From Nannocystis bainbridge (GTDB lineage Bacteria; Myxococcota_A; Polyangia; Nannocystales; Nannocystaceae): 64,000 bases of DNA. Location: NCBI RefSeq assembly GCF_028368995.1, contig NZ_JAQNDL010000003.1:2400001-2464000 (forward strand), written 5' to 3'. Under the pieces are notes generated by a model. The model was not told the DNA's origin. It made no database searches and was given only the letters and a program-made list of their open reading frames with translations. The stretch's first letter is position 1. Every line of letters begins with the position of its first letter. Made by a program: the position numbers and the translations under genes. This document shows, piece after piece, positions 51,868-60,809 of the stretch.

Positions 51868-54318
51868 CTACTCGAGGCTGGCGACGATCAGGTCTTCGGG
51901 GATGAGCTTGCTCGGGGGGCCGGAGCAGACCATCCACAGCTGGTGGGCGGCGCGGGTGGCCCCGATGTGCAGCAGGTGGCGCGACTCGATGACCTCCGGG
52001 TAGTTCTGGGACGTCGGGTCGAGCAGGACCACGTAGTCGAACTCGAGGCCCTTGACCTGGCGGATGTCGGTGACGTCGATGCCGGGGGTGAAGCTGAAGT
52101 CCTGGCGGCCGACGCGGCGCAGCTTGGGCACCTCGGCGATGCGCAGGGCGTCGTAGTACACGTCGGCCTGCTGCGGGTAGCGGGTGACGAGCGCGCAGCT
52201 GGCCGTCGGCTCGCGCTGGATCAGCGCGCGCAGGGCCTCGGCCAGGAACGCGACCGCCTCGCCGGTGTCGCCGAACTGGTAGTAGCCGACCGGCGCGCCC
52301 TCGCGGGCGATGAGCGCGTCCTCCGGGCTGTGCAGCGGCCCGAGCACGAAGCGCGACAGCTCCATCACCTGGCGCGTCGAGCGGTAGGTGATCTTCAGCG
52401 GCTGGATCGCCACGTGCGGCAGCCCGGCGTCGCCGAGCAGCTGCGGCCAGTCGACGAAGCCGTTGTCGAAGATCATCTTCTGCGCCCGGTCGCCGGCGAT
52501 CGTCACGCTCTGGCCGTCGGTGGCGCAGTCGAGCAGCACGCGGACCTCGAGCGGCGCCAGGTCCTGGGCCTCGTCGATGACGATGTGCTCGTACTCGAAG
52601 CGCTTGCCGCCGAGGAACAGGCCGCCGTACTTGCGCTGCAGCAGGCGCAGCAGGATCGCGTCGTCCTCGGGGTCGAGCCCGACGCTGTGGTGGCCCATGC
52701 GCGTGCGCGCCGGCAGCGGCGCGTCGCCCTCGCCGTCCTCGCCCTCGGGCTCGGCCTCGCCCTTCGGCGGGGCCGGCTCGCTGTCGATGCTGGGCTCGCT
52801 GCGCGGCTCGTCGGGCTCGTCCTCGTCGCGCTCCTCGGGCTCGGGCTCCTCGTCGAGCTCGGCCTTGGCCGCGCACCAGCGCACGATCGTGGCCACGTCG
52901 GCGTCGTTGAAGGCGCCGGGGGCGTACTCCCGCAGCGCGGTGCGCAGGGCGTCGCTGTCGGTCATCAGCTCGAGCCAGTCGTCGCAGACGTCGCGCAGGT
53001 CGTCGCGGATGGCCCGCAGCGCGGTCTCGGCGGCCGCGCGCGCGGGCCCGGGGATGCTGACGTCGGCCTTGATCTGGTCGAGCGTGCGCTCGGCGCGGAC
53101 GACCGGCGGGAGGTCGGTGTTGCGCTTCCACACCGCGAACGCCGCCTCGGCGCCGGCGCGCTCGCCGAGCCGCTTCTTGAGCAGCTCCTCGGCCTCCTCG
53201 AGCTGCCAGCCGATGCGGTCGTCGATCATGCGCAGGACGACCGGGTGCTTCTTGAAGCGGCTGACGGCGTCGGGCACCCCGTCGATGTGGCTGATGGGGA
53301 TCCGCAGCTTGAGCTTGCGCAGCAGCTGGGTGCTCCACTTGCGGTAGGTCGTGACCGGCACGCCGTCGATGCCGAGCGCCGGCAGCACGTGGCGGATGTA
53401 CTCGACCAGGGCCTCGTTGAAGACCATGATCAGCATCTTGCTCGGGGCGAACCGGCGCCGGTCCTGATAGGCGAGGTAGGCCACGCGGTGCAGCGCGACC
53501 GTCGTCTTGCCCGAGCCGGCGCCGCCCTGGATCAGCACGATGCCCGACTCGGGCTGCGTGATCAGGTTGAACTGCTCCTTGTCGATGAGCGCCGTGATCT
53601 CCTGCAGGTGCTTGTCGGCGCGCGGCTGGTCGTCGTCGCCGTGGACGCCGAGCTGGCCCTGGGGCACGCGCACGGCGGTGCCGACCCCGCCCTCGAGCAT
53701 CGGCTTGGCGGCGCCGACGGCGTCGCGCCAGCGGCCGCGGCGGTCGCTGACGAAGGTGCCCTGCGGGGCCGACACGCGGCGCAGGCTCGACTCCATCACC
53801 GCGACCGAGCGGCGGATCATGACGGTGCCCTCGAGCGAGCGCGAGTCGAACTCCTCCTCGTACTCGTCGTCCTCCTCGTAGCGGTAGTAGAGGCGCGACA
53901 CCGGGGCGTTGCGCCAGTCGACGATCGACAGGCCGTCGCCGTCGTCGAGCAGGGTGCGCTTGCCGACCAGCACGTCGCGCAGCCGCTTCGACTTGGCCTC
54001 GCGCAGGCGGAGGTGGCCGAAGTACGGGTTGTTCGGGTCGACCGGCGCGTCGCGGCCCTGACCGCGGGTGCGGCTGAGGGCGGCGACTTGGTGCATCTGC
54101 TCGACGAGGGAGGCCTGGTCCTCCTCCTTGGCCTCGGCCAGGGCGTCGCGCAGCTCGATCAGCTGGGCGTCGAGGTCCTCAATCTGCCCGGGCGCGTTCT
54201 GGGCCTCGCGTTCGAGGCGCTCCTGAATGCGGCGCAGAATGTCGAGCTCTTCGGCGACGATCTTGCCGCCCTCGTCGGACAGCGCGTGGAGGTCGGGGTC
54301 CTGGTGCTCCTGCGACAC
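51868..54318 (-). CDS. HelD-like superfamily 1 (UvrD-type) helicase/ATPase
   Basis: PYFGH, IVDWRNAPVSRLYY, QGGAGSGKTTVALHRVAYL, IDEAQD, AGDRAQ, YRST, KGLEFD, ATRA; GTG start inferred. Confidence 0.88.
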   Translation of the reverse strand: MSQEHQDPDLHALSDEGGKIVAEELDILRRIQERLEREAQNAPGQIEDLDAQLIELRDALAEAKEEDQASLVEQMHQVAALSRTRGQGRDAPVDPNNPYFGHLRLREAKSKRLRDVLVGKRTLLDDGDGLSIVDWRNAPVSRLYYRYEEDDEYEEEFDSRSLEGTVMIRRSVAVMESSLRRVSAPQGTFVSDRRGRWRDAVGAAKPMLEGGVGTAVRVPQGQLGVHGDDDQPRADKHLQEITALIDKEQFNLITQPESGIVLIQGGAGSGKTTVALHRVAYLAYQDRRRFAPSKMLIMVFNEALVEYIRHVLPALGIDGVPVTTYRKWSTQLLRKLKLRIPISHIDGVPDAVSRFKKHPVVLRMIDDRIGWQLEEAEELLKKRLGERAGAEAAFAVWKRNTDLPPVVRAERTLDQIKADVSIPGPARAAAETALRAIRDDLRDVCDDWLELMTDSDALRTALREYAPGAFNDADVATIVRWCAAKAELDEEPEPEERDEDEPDEPRSEPSIDSEPAPPKGEAEPEGEDGEGDAPLPARTRMGHHSVGLDPEDDAILLRLLQRKYGGLFLGGKRFEYEHIVIDEAQDLAPLEVRVLLDCATDGQSVTIAGDRAQKMIFDNGFVDWPQLLGDAGLPHVAIQPLKITYRSTRQVMELSRFVLGPLHSPEDALIAREGAPVGYYQFGDTGEAVAFLAEALRALIQREPTASCALVTRYPQQADVYYDALRIAEVPKLRRVGRQDFSFTPGIDVTDIRQVKGLEFDYVVLLDPTSQNYPEVIESRHLLHIGATRAAHQLWMVCSGPPSKLIPEDLIVASLE

Positions 54319-54493
54319 GATCGGTGTGCATAGCAAACTGGCCGCTAGCCGGCCAGTGGGCGCGCACGCCCCGGTGTGAGGCGACCCATAGATTCGTCCG
54401 GGAGGCGCCATGGCCCGCTGCGTCGGGTTTTGCGGCGGCAGACCGGCCCGCGGCGGCGGCCGATCGGTCCGGCGTCGATCGGGGACGCCGACC

Positions 54494-54512
54494 AAAAAGG
54501 CGGAGGCCGCCT
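54494..54512 (-). terminator. Possible intrinsic terminator after the VWA gene
   Basis: Minus strand reads AGGCGG-CCT-CCGCCT-TTTT. Confidence 0.45.
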
Positions 54513-54581
54513 CCGAAAACCGGAGACGGCCCCTGCGTGCGGCTTGGCCGCTCACGGACCTCGTGGGCCCGTGTCGTCCGC

Positions 54582-56837
54582 TCAGGCGCGGCGGCGACGG
54601 CGGATGAAGCCCGCCAGGCCGAGCGTGAAGATCGAGGCGAGCAGGCCGCGGGTCTGACCCTCGGTGTCGTCGACCTTGCAACCGCAACCACCCTCGTCGG
54701 TGCCCGCGCCGGTGTCGGTCGCGGTGTCGGGGCTCTCGGTGTCGGTGCTGTCCGTGTCGCTGCCACCGTCGGTCGCGGTGACGTTGCCACCCGTCGGGTT
54801 GGTGGTCGTCGTCGGCGCGTCGGTGGTCGTGACGGGACCGTCGGTGGTGGTGCCGGTGGTCGGCGGCTCGTCCGTGGTCGGGCCGGCGCTGGTCTCCGAC
54901 GTCTCGGTGGTGGTGACCGGCGTGGTGTCGGTCTCGTCGGTGTCGGTCCCCGGCGTGTCGGTGTCGGTCCCCGGCGTGTCGGTGTCGGTCGCCGTCGTGT
55001 CGGTGTCCGACTCGCTGGTCGTGCTGGTCGTGCCCATCGGCAGCGGATCCGGCTCGTTGGTGGTCGGCTCCGGGTTCATCGCGCAGTTGACGAAGCCGCA
55101 GCACGGGTCGAACGTGATCTGCTCGATGATGCTGGCCAGCGCCGCCTCGAGGGCCGCCTGGTTGTTGGCGTCGTAGTACATCTCGGCGTTGCCCGAGCCC
55201 CACTTGGCCATGTTGTTCAGCTTGGCCTGCGAGGCCGGGCTGCTGACCAGGTCGCCGAAGCCGATCACGTAGGTCGTGACGCCCGCGTTGAACATCGCCT
55301 GCAGCGGCGTCTGGACCTGCGCGTCGGTCGACTGGTAGTCGCCGTCGGTGACCAGGATGTTGATGAACTTGGTGTTCGCGTCACACGGGTACGGGAACAT
55401 CGGGTTCGCGCAAGCGGCCTTGTAGTCCGTGATGTTCTGCTGGACCAGCTGGAGGCCGAGGTGCGTGTACGTGCCGGAGCCGACGCACGCCTCGGGCAGG
55501 TTGCCCGCGAAGTCGCACTTCGGCATGTGGCTGACGGTCTGAGCGTCGAAGCCCGGCGGGTCGTTCGCGGTGCCGTCCTGGAAGGTCCAGGTGATCGGCG
55601 GGCCGCCCCACGGGTCGGTGCAACCGGGCGCCTCGCACGAGGTGGCCGGGTCGAGGGCCCAGTTGAAGTTGTCCTTCATGCAGGGGCCGTAGTTGACGAT
55701 CAGCTTCTGCTCGCCCGGCGCGGGCGCGTTGAAGCCGAACACCGCGAGGCCGAGGTGCACCAGGTTCTCGACCTTCTGCTGGCCGAAGACCTCCTGGTCG
55801 AACAGCGAGTTGGCGCCGGCGAGCGCCTCGCGAGCGGCGTCCCAACCCGTCATGCCCTGCGGGCCGGCCTGGGTGCCGTTCATGATGTTGAGCATCGACG
55901 ACGAGGCGTCGAGGAGCACCATGACGCGCGGGAGGCCCGGCGCGCAGATCGGCTGGATGACGTCGGAGATGATCGCCTGGACGACCATCTTGAGCGCGTC
56001 GATGAGCTGCTGCGGGTTGGCGGCGTCGTACGCCGTGCCGGTGCCGCCGTTCATCGCGATCTCGTCGGCGAACATCTTGCCCATCGCCTCGCCGATGGCG
56101 ACGACGTAGGTCGGGACCTGGCTGTTGTCGAACAGGTCCTTGGCGGTGAGCGACGGGTTCTGGTTGGCCGGGCCGGGCGACTGGGTGCCCGACGGGTCGG
56201 TCCACTGGCCGTCGGTGAGCAGCACGATCGCGCCCTTGCGCTGCGCCTTGTCGTTCGGGTGGTCGGCCCAGGTCTGCAGGATGTAGGCCTTGGCCTTGTC
56301 CATCGCGCCCTTGGTCCACGTGCCGATGCCGGTGAGGCTGCCGTTGATCGGCGCGGGCACCGACATGATGGCGGTCTTGATCGCCTCGCCGTTACACTGG
56401 AAGTACGCCTTGTCCGGCGCCGCCTCGTCGTAGAAACCGACGTCGATCTTCTGACCGTCGGTGATGCCCGACGAGTCGTTCTGGATCAGCGTGCCAGTCT
56501 GACCGACGTTGGGGTCGTGACCGAAGCGCATCAGGCCGAGCAGGACGTTGCCCTGCAGGTAGCCGTTGTCAGCGTCGACCATCTCCACGATCGCGCTCAC
56601 GGCCGCTTCCCAGCGGGTCTCGTTGGCGTCGAACATGGTGTTCATCGACGTCGAGTAGTCGGCGACGATGAGGAACAGCGGCTTGACGAAGGTGCACTGA
56701 CCTTCCTCGACACACACGGGGGCGGCGGCCGCGGGCGGCGGCTCCGAGCCACCGATGAAGGCGATGCCGACGCCGGCGAGGAGACCGACCTGCACGCCGA
56801 GGCGCTTCCAACTTCCAATCAGACTGAGACGCTTCAT
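54582..56837 (-). CDS. Double-VWA-domain surface protein with MYXO-CTERM sorting signal
   Basis: MIDAS motifs DYSTS/LLTDG and DASSS/LVTDG; Thr-rich stalk; GCGC-linker-TM-RRRRR C-terminus. Confidence 0.88.
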   Translation of the reverse strand: MKRLSLIGSWKRLGVQVGLLAGVGIAFIGGSEPPPAAAAPVCVEEGQCTFVKPLFLIVADYSTSMNTMFDANETRWEAAVSAIVEMVDADNGYLQGNVLLGLMRFGHDPNVGQTGTLIQNDSSGITDGQKIDVGFYDEAAPDKAYFQCNGEAIKTAIMSVPAPINGSLTGIGTWTKGAMDKAKAYILQTWADHPNDKAQRKGAIVLLTDGQWTDPSGTQSPGPANQNPSLTAKDLFDNSQVPTYVVAIGEAMGKMFADEIAMNGGTGTAYDAANPQQLIDALKMVVQAIISDVIQPICAPGLPRVMVLLDASSSMLNIMNGTQAGPQGMTGWDAAREALAGANSLFDQEVFGQQKVENLVHLGLAVFGFNAPAPGEQKLIVNYGPCMKDNFNWALDPATSCEAPGCTDPWGGPPITWTFQDGTANDPPGFDAQTVSHMPKCDFAGNLPEACVGSGTYTHLGLQLVQQNITDYKAACANPMFPYPCDANTKFINILVTDGDYQSTDAQVQTPLQAMFNAGVTTYVIGFGDLVSSPASQAKLNNMAKWGSGNAEMYYDANNQAALEAALASIIEQITFDPCCGFVNCAMNPEPTTNEPDPLPMGTTSTTSESDTDTTATDTDTPGTDTDTPGTDTDETDTTPVTTTETSETSAGPTTDEPPTTGTTTDGPVTTTDAPTTTTNPTGGNVTATDGGSDTDSTDTESPDTATDTGAGTDEGGCGCKVDDTEGQTRGLLASIFTLGLAGFIRRRRRA

Positions 56838-57140
56838 TGCTGGTAATCCTTGTGGGGCTTAGTACCGGGTGCCGACACGCCTCGCGCATGCGCGTTGCGT
56901 TTCGCGGGTTTGAGACAGCGCGGGGCACGGTACGCCAGAGTCACGGAGGGCGTCAATACACCGGAGGGCGGCCGTGCAACCAAGGTTGCACACTAAAGAT
57001 GGTTCGCCTCGAGCACCGTCGAGCACGCGATGATCGTCAGCTTCGGTCGAGTAGTGGGACGAGAATGCGTGAAGCAACGCACGCAAGCGGGAGCACCGCG
57101 ATGTCCGAGGTCGCGGTCAAAAGGGCGCTAAGAGTCGCTC

Positions 57141-59120
57141 GTGCGCACGCCGTTTTCGTCCTCGTCGCTCATGCTGTCGACGGCCCTGATGCTGGCGCCA
57201 GGCTGCACACGGCCCGTCGCATCGACGACCGCGGCGCCTGCGGAGCGAGCTGATGCGTCTGCCCCGACGACTGCGACGTGGACGCCCGACCGCGCCCGTC
57301 TGCAAGCGGACATCGCTGCGCTCGCGCGCGACGAGATGCGGGGCCGCTTCACCTTGAGTCCCGAGCTCGCTCAGGCCGCGGAGTACTTGGCGCAGCGGCA
57401 CCAGGAGCTCGGCCTCGAGCCGGTTGCGGGCGATTCGCTCCTGGCCAACTTTTCGCTTTCCGTCGGCGTCCGTGCGCGTGAGCCTGTGAGCTTGCAGCTC
57501 GTCCGCGGCGCGCGGGCGACGTCGGTCGCGAGCGGCGAGTTTTCGATCTCGCCGCAGACGGCGAGCGGCGAGGTGCAGGGAGCTGCCGTGTTCGTCGGCT
57601 ACGCGGCCGCCTCCGAAGTCACGCCCGGCGACGACGACGCGGCCGCGCCGATCTACGACGACCTCGCCGGCCTCGACCTCAAGGGGAAGATCGCGGTCGT
57701 GCTGCTCGACGCTCCGGGGCGGCCCGACACAGTCACCTTCTTTCGCAGGCTTCAGCGCGAAGCGGGCGATTTCGCGGCAGCGGCCGCCCCGCTCAAGCAG
57801 AGCGGCGACGCGGCCGGCTTGCGCGCGCTGCACGAGCGCACCCGCGGGCGCGTGATCGCCATCCTCCAGCGGTTCATGCCCGAAGCTGACCTGAAGGACA
57901 TGTGGCCCCTGCCCGCCGATCCGCTGACGGTCGAGCTCGATCTGCAGGCGCTCGTCGGCCCGGTCATGCGCGAGGCCGGCAAGCGCAAGGGCCCGCAGTT
58001 CGGCATGGGCGCGGGATCGCTGCGGACCAAGGTCGAGCGTCTGACCAAGGCGGGCGCCGTCGCGGTGATCGCCGTACGCGGGCCTCGGAGTTTCCTCGAC
58101 GCGGAAGAGCGCGAGGCGGACGCGTTCGCGCCGCTGCAGCGGGAGGACGGCGTGGTCGGCGAGCCGTTCGCGCTGCCGGTGGTGCAGATGAAGTGGAAGG
58201 CGGCCGACAGGCTGCTGCGCGTCGGCAAGGCCAAGCAGAAGATCTCCGCGGTGCAGGAGGGGATCGACACCAAGCTCGCGCCGCTCTCGGGGGACATCCC
58301 CGGGGTCGAGCTGAAGTTGTCGGCCAGCGTCGAGCCGATCCAGGTCGAGGTCCCGAACGTGCTGGCGAAGATCTCCGGCACCGACCTCCGCGACGAGATC
58401 GTCGTGCTCGGCGCGCACTACGATCACATCGGCGTCGTCGGCCGCGGCGAGTGCAGCGAGGCGCGCAAGGACGACGTCGTCGACGGCATCTGCAACGGGG
58501 CCGACGACAACGCCAGCGGCACGGCGATGCTGCTCGAGCTGGCGCGGCACTTCCGCGAGCAGCGGCCGCGGCGCACCGTCGTGTTCGCCCACTTCGCCGG
58601 CGAGGAGCTGGGGCTGCTCGGCTCCAAGGCGCTGGCGGAGCGGCCGCCGTTTGCGCTCGACAAGGTCGTCGCCATGGTCAACCTCGACATGATCGGCCGA
58701 CTCGGACCGAAGGGCCTGGCCGTCGGCGGCCTCGTCTCTTCCGACGCCTGGATGCCGCTGCTCGACCGCCTCGGCACCGCCGGCCTCTCGGTGCTCTACG
58801 AGGCCAGCGTCGCCACGCGCAGCGACCACGCCAGCTTCTACAAGAAGAGCCTGCCGGTGCTGTTCTTCTTCACGGGCACCCACGCCGACTACCACCGGCC
58901 GGGCGACCACGCCGACAAGATCAACTACGACGGCCTGGTGGCGATCGGCACCCTCGTCGGCGGGGTCGCGCGCGCGGTCGCCGACGGCTTGCCCGTGCCG
59001 TACAAAGCCCCGCCCGAGGGTGGGGGCCTCGCCTCCGGCTTGCCCGGGTCGAACCCCGACACCGTCGTCAAGCGGGTCCAGGGCACCTCGACCCCGGTCA
59101 CGGCCCCCGTCGCGGAGTGA
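57141..59120 (+). CDS. M28-family metallopeptidase with PA domain, probable lipoprotein
   Basis: APGC lipobox; GAHYDH, NGADDNASG, GEELGLLGS, NLDMIG, SDH, DYH. Confidence 0.92.
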   Translation: MRTPFSSSSLMLSTALMLAPGCTRPVASTTAAPAERADASAPTTATWTPDRARLQADIAALARDEMRGRFTLSPELAQAAEYLAQRHQELGLEPVAGDSLLANFSLSVGVRAREPVSLQLVRGARATSVASGEFSISPQTASGEVQGAAVFVGYAAASEVTPGDDDAAAPIYDDLAGLDLKGKIAVVLLDAPGRPDTVTFFRRLQREAGDFAAAAAPLKQSGDAAGLRALHERTRGRVIAILQRFMPEADLKDMWPLPADPLTVELDLQALVGPVMREAGKRKGPQFGMGAGSLRTKVERLTKAGAVAVIAVRGPRSFLDAEEREADAFAPLQREDGVVGEPFALPVVQMKWKAADRLLRVGKAKQKISAVQEGIDTKLAPLSGDIPGVELKLSASVEPIQVEVPNVLAKISGTDLRDEIVVLGAHYDHIGVVGRGECSEARKDDVVDGICNGADDNASGTAMLLELARHFREQRPRRTVVFAHFAGEELGLLGSKALAERPPFALDKVVAMVNLDMIGRLGPKGLAVGGLVSSDAWMPLLDRLGTAGLSVLYEASVATRSDHASFYKKSLPVLFFFTGTHADYHRPGDHADKINYDGLVAIGTLVGGVARAVADGLPVPYKAPPEGGGLASGLPGSNPDTVVKRVQGTSTPVTAPVAE

Positions 59121-60721
59121 TGACCGTGCCCTCTGCCCCCCAGCGGGTTCGCGTCGACCTCCACCCCGACGCCCTCCTCGACCCCGCCGCCCTGCGCACC
59201 GCCGCCGCCCGCGCGGCCGGCCTGCGCGAGGCCGAGGTCCGCCACGTCGAGGTCGCCCACCGCTCGATCGACGCCCGCCGCGGCCGCGTCCGCGTCCACG
59301 TCGAGCTCGTCGTGCATGTCGGCAAGGACATGCCCGAAGCGCCATGTTACTTGCCACATGTCCTACCGAACATGTCCCAGGAGCCAGCCGTCGTCATCGT
59401 CGGCGCCGGGCCGGCGGGGCTGTTCTGCGCCTGGGGCCTGGCGCGCGCCGGCGTGCGCGCGGTCGTGCTCGAGCGCGGGCGCGACGTGCGGGCGCGGCGG
59501 CACGACCTCGCCGGGCTGAGCCAGCGCGGCGAGCTCGACCCCGAGAGCAACTACTGCTTCGGCGAGGGCGGCGCCGGCACCTACTCCGACGGCAAGCTCT
59601 ATACTCGCGCGACCAAGCGCGGGCCGGTAGATCTGGTCCTGCAGGCCTTCGCCGGCTACGGCGCGCCTGCGGAGATCCTCGTCGACGCCCGGCCGCACAT
59701 CGGCACCAACCGGCTGCCGCGGGTGATCACCGCCATGCGCGAGCACCTCATCGGCGCCGGCGTGGTGGTCCGCTTCGAGGCCCGCGCCGACGCCCTGGTC
59801 GTGCACGACGGCGCGGCCGCGGGCGTGCGCCTGCGCGACGGCGAGGTCGTGCCGGCCCGCGCCGTCGTCGTCGCGCCCGGCCACTCGGCCCGCGACGTCC
59901 AGGCCTGGCTGCGCGCGGCCGGGGTCCAGCTGTCCTTCAAGTCGTTCGCGCTCGGCGTCCGCATCGAGCACCCGCAGGCGCTCGTCGACCGCCTGCAGTA
60001 CGGCGCGCTCGCCGGTCACCCGGCGCTCGGGGCCGCCTCTTACCGCCTCGTCGAGCAGACCAGCGCGGGCGCGGCCTTCTCGTTCTGCATGTGCCCCGGC
60101 GGCTACATCGTGCCCGCGGCCACCGACCCTGGCATGCAGGTCGTCAACGGCATGAGCCCGCACAGCCGGCGCGGCCTGTTCGCCAACTCGGGGCTCGTCA
60201 CCGAGGTCGGCCCGCAGCACCTCGCCGCCGCCGGCCTGTCGCCCGCCGACCCGCTCGCCGGCGTCGAGTATCAGTCGCGCTTCGAGGCCGAGGCCTACCG
60301 CGCCGGCGGTGGGGCCTTCGTCGCCCCGGCCCAGCGCCTCGCCGACTTCGTCGCCGGCGCCCTCTCGCCCGAGCTGCCGCCGACCAGCTATCACCGCGGC
60401 CTCCAGCCGGCCCGCCTCGACCGGCTGCTCGGCCCGCTCGGCCCGCCGCTCCAAGCCGCGCTGCAGGCCCTCGGCGCGCGCATGCCGGGCTTCCTCGGCG
60501 ACGACGCGATCGCCGTGGGTGTCGAGAGCCGCACCAGCTGCCCGGTCCGCATCGACCGCGACGGCGAGACCCTCGAGTCGCCGAGCACCCCGCACCTCTA
60601 CCCGTGCGGCGAGGGAGCGGGATTCGCCGGCGGCATCGTCTCCGCCGCGCTCGACGGCCTCCGCGTCGCGGTCGCCATCGCCCGTCGCCTCGGCGCCCCG
60701 CACGAGCGGATTACGAGCTGA
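59120..60721 (+). CDS. FAD-dependent oxidoreductase (uncharacterised dehydrogenase family)
   Basis: VGAGPAG, FGEGGAGTYSDGKL, PHIGT, GHSARD, FCMCPGG, GEGAGFAGGIVSAA; TGATG coupling to the peptidase. Confidence 0.9.
   Translation: MTVPSAPQRVRVDLHPDALLDPAALRTAAARAAGLREAEVRHVEVAHRSIDARRGRVRVHVELVVHVGKDMPEAPCYLPHVLPNMSQEPAVVIVGAGPAGLFCAWGLARAGVRAVVLERGRDVRARRHDLAGLSQRGELDPESNYCFGEGGAGTYSDGKLYTRATKRGPVDLVLQAFAGYGAPAEILVDARPHIGTNRLPRVITAMREHLIGAGVVVRFEARADALVVHDGAAAGVRLRDGEVVPARAVVVAPGHSARDVQAWLRAAGVQLSFKSFALGVRIEHPQALVDRLQYGALAGHPALGAASYRLVEQTSAGAAFSFCMCPGGYIVPAATDPGMQVVNGMSPHSRRGLFANSGLVTEVGPQHLAAAGLSPADPLAGVEYQSRFEAEAYRAGGGAFVAPAQRLADFVAGALSPELPPTSYHRGLQPARLDRLLGPLGPPLQAALQALGARMPGFLGDDAIAVGVESRTSCPVRIDRDGETLESPSTPHLYPCGEGAGFAGGIVSAALDGLRVAVAIARRLGAPHERITS
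59317..59386. repeat. Five 14-bp units embedded inside the oxidoreductase CDS
   Basis: tgtcggcaaggaca / tgcccgaagcgcca / tgttacttgccaca / tgtcctaccgaaca / tgtcccaggagcca. Confidence 0.82.
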
Positions 60722-60809
60722 CCTTCAGGACAGGCCCCGCGCGTCGGGCGTCTGCGTGACGTTTTTCACTCCTACACCCAGCGTGGGAGGACTGTCTTCA
60801 CGCGAGCGC

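Noticed and set aside
54700-55030. Low-complexity tandem repeats (also 38930-38990, 10260-10490, 13050-13110)
   Set aside because: They encode Thr/Pro/Ser/Lys-rich protein linkers and are explained by coding function.
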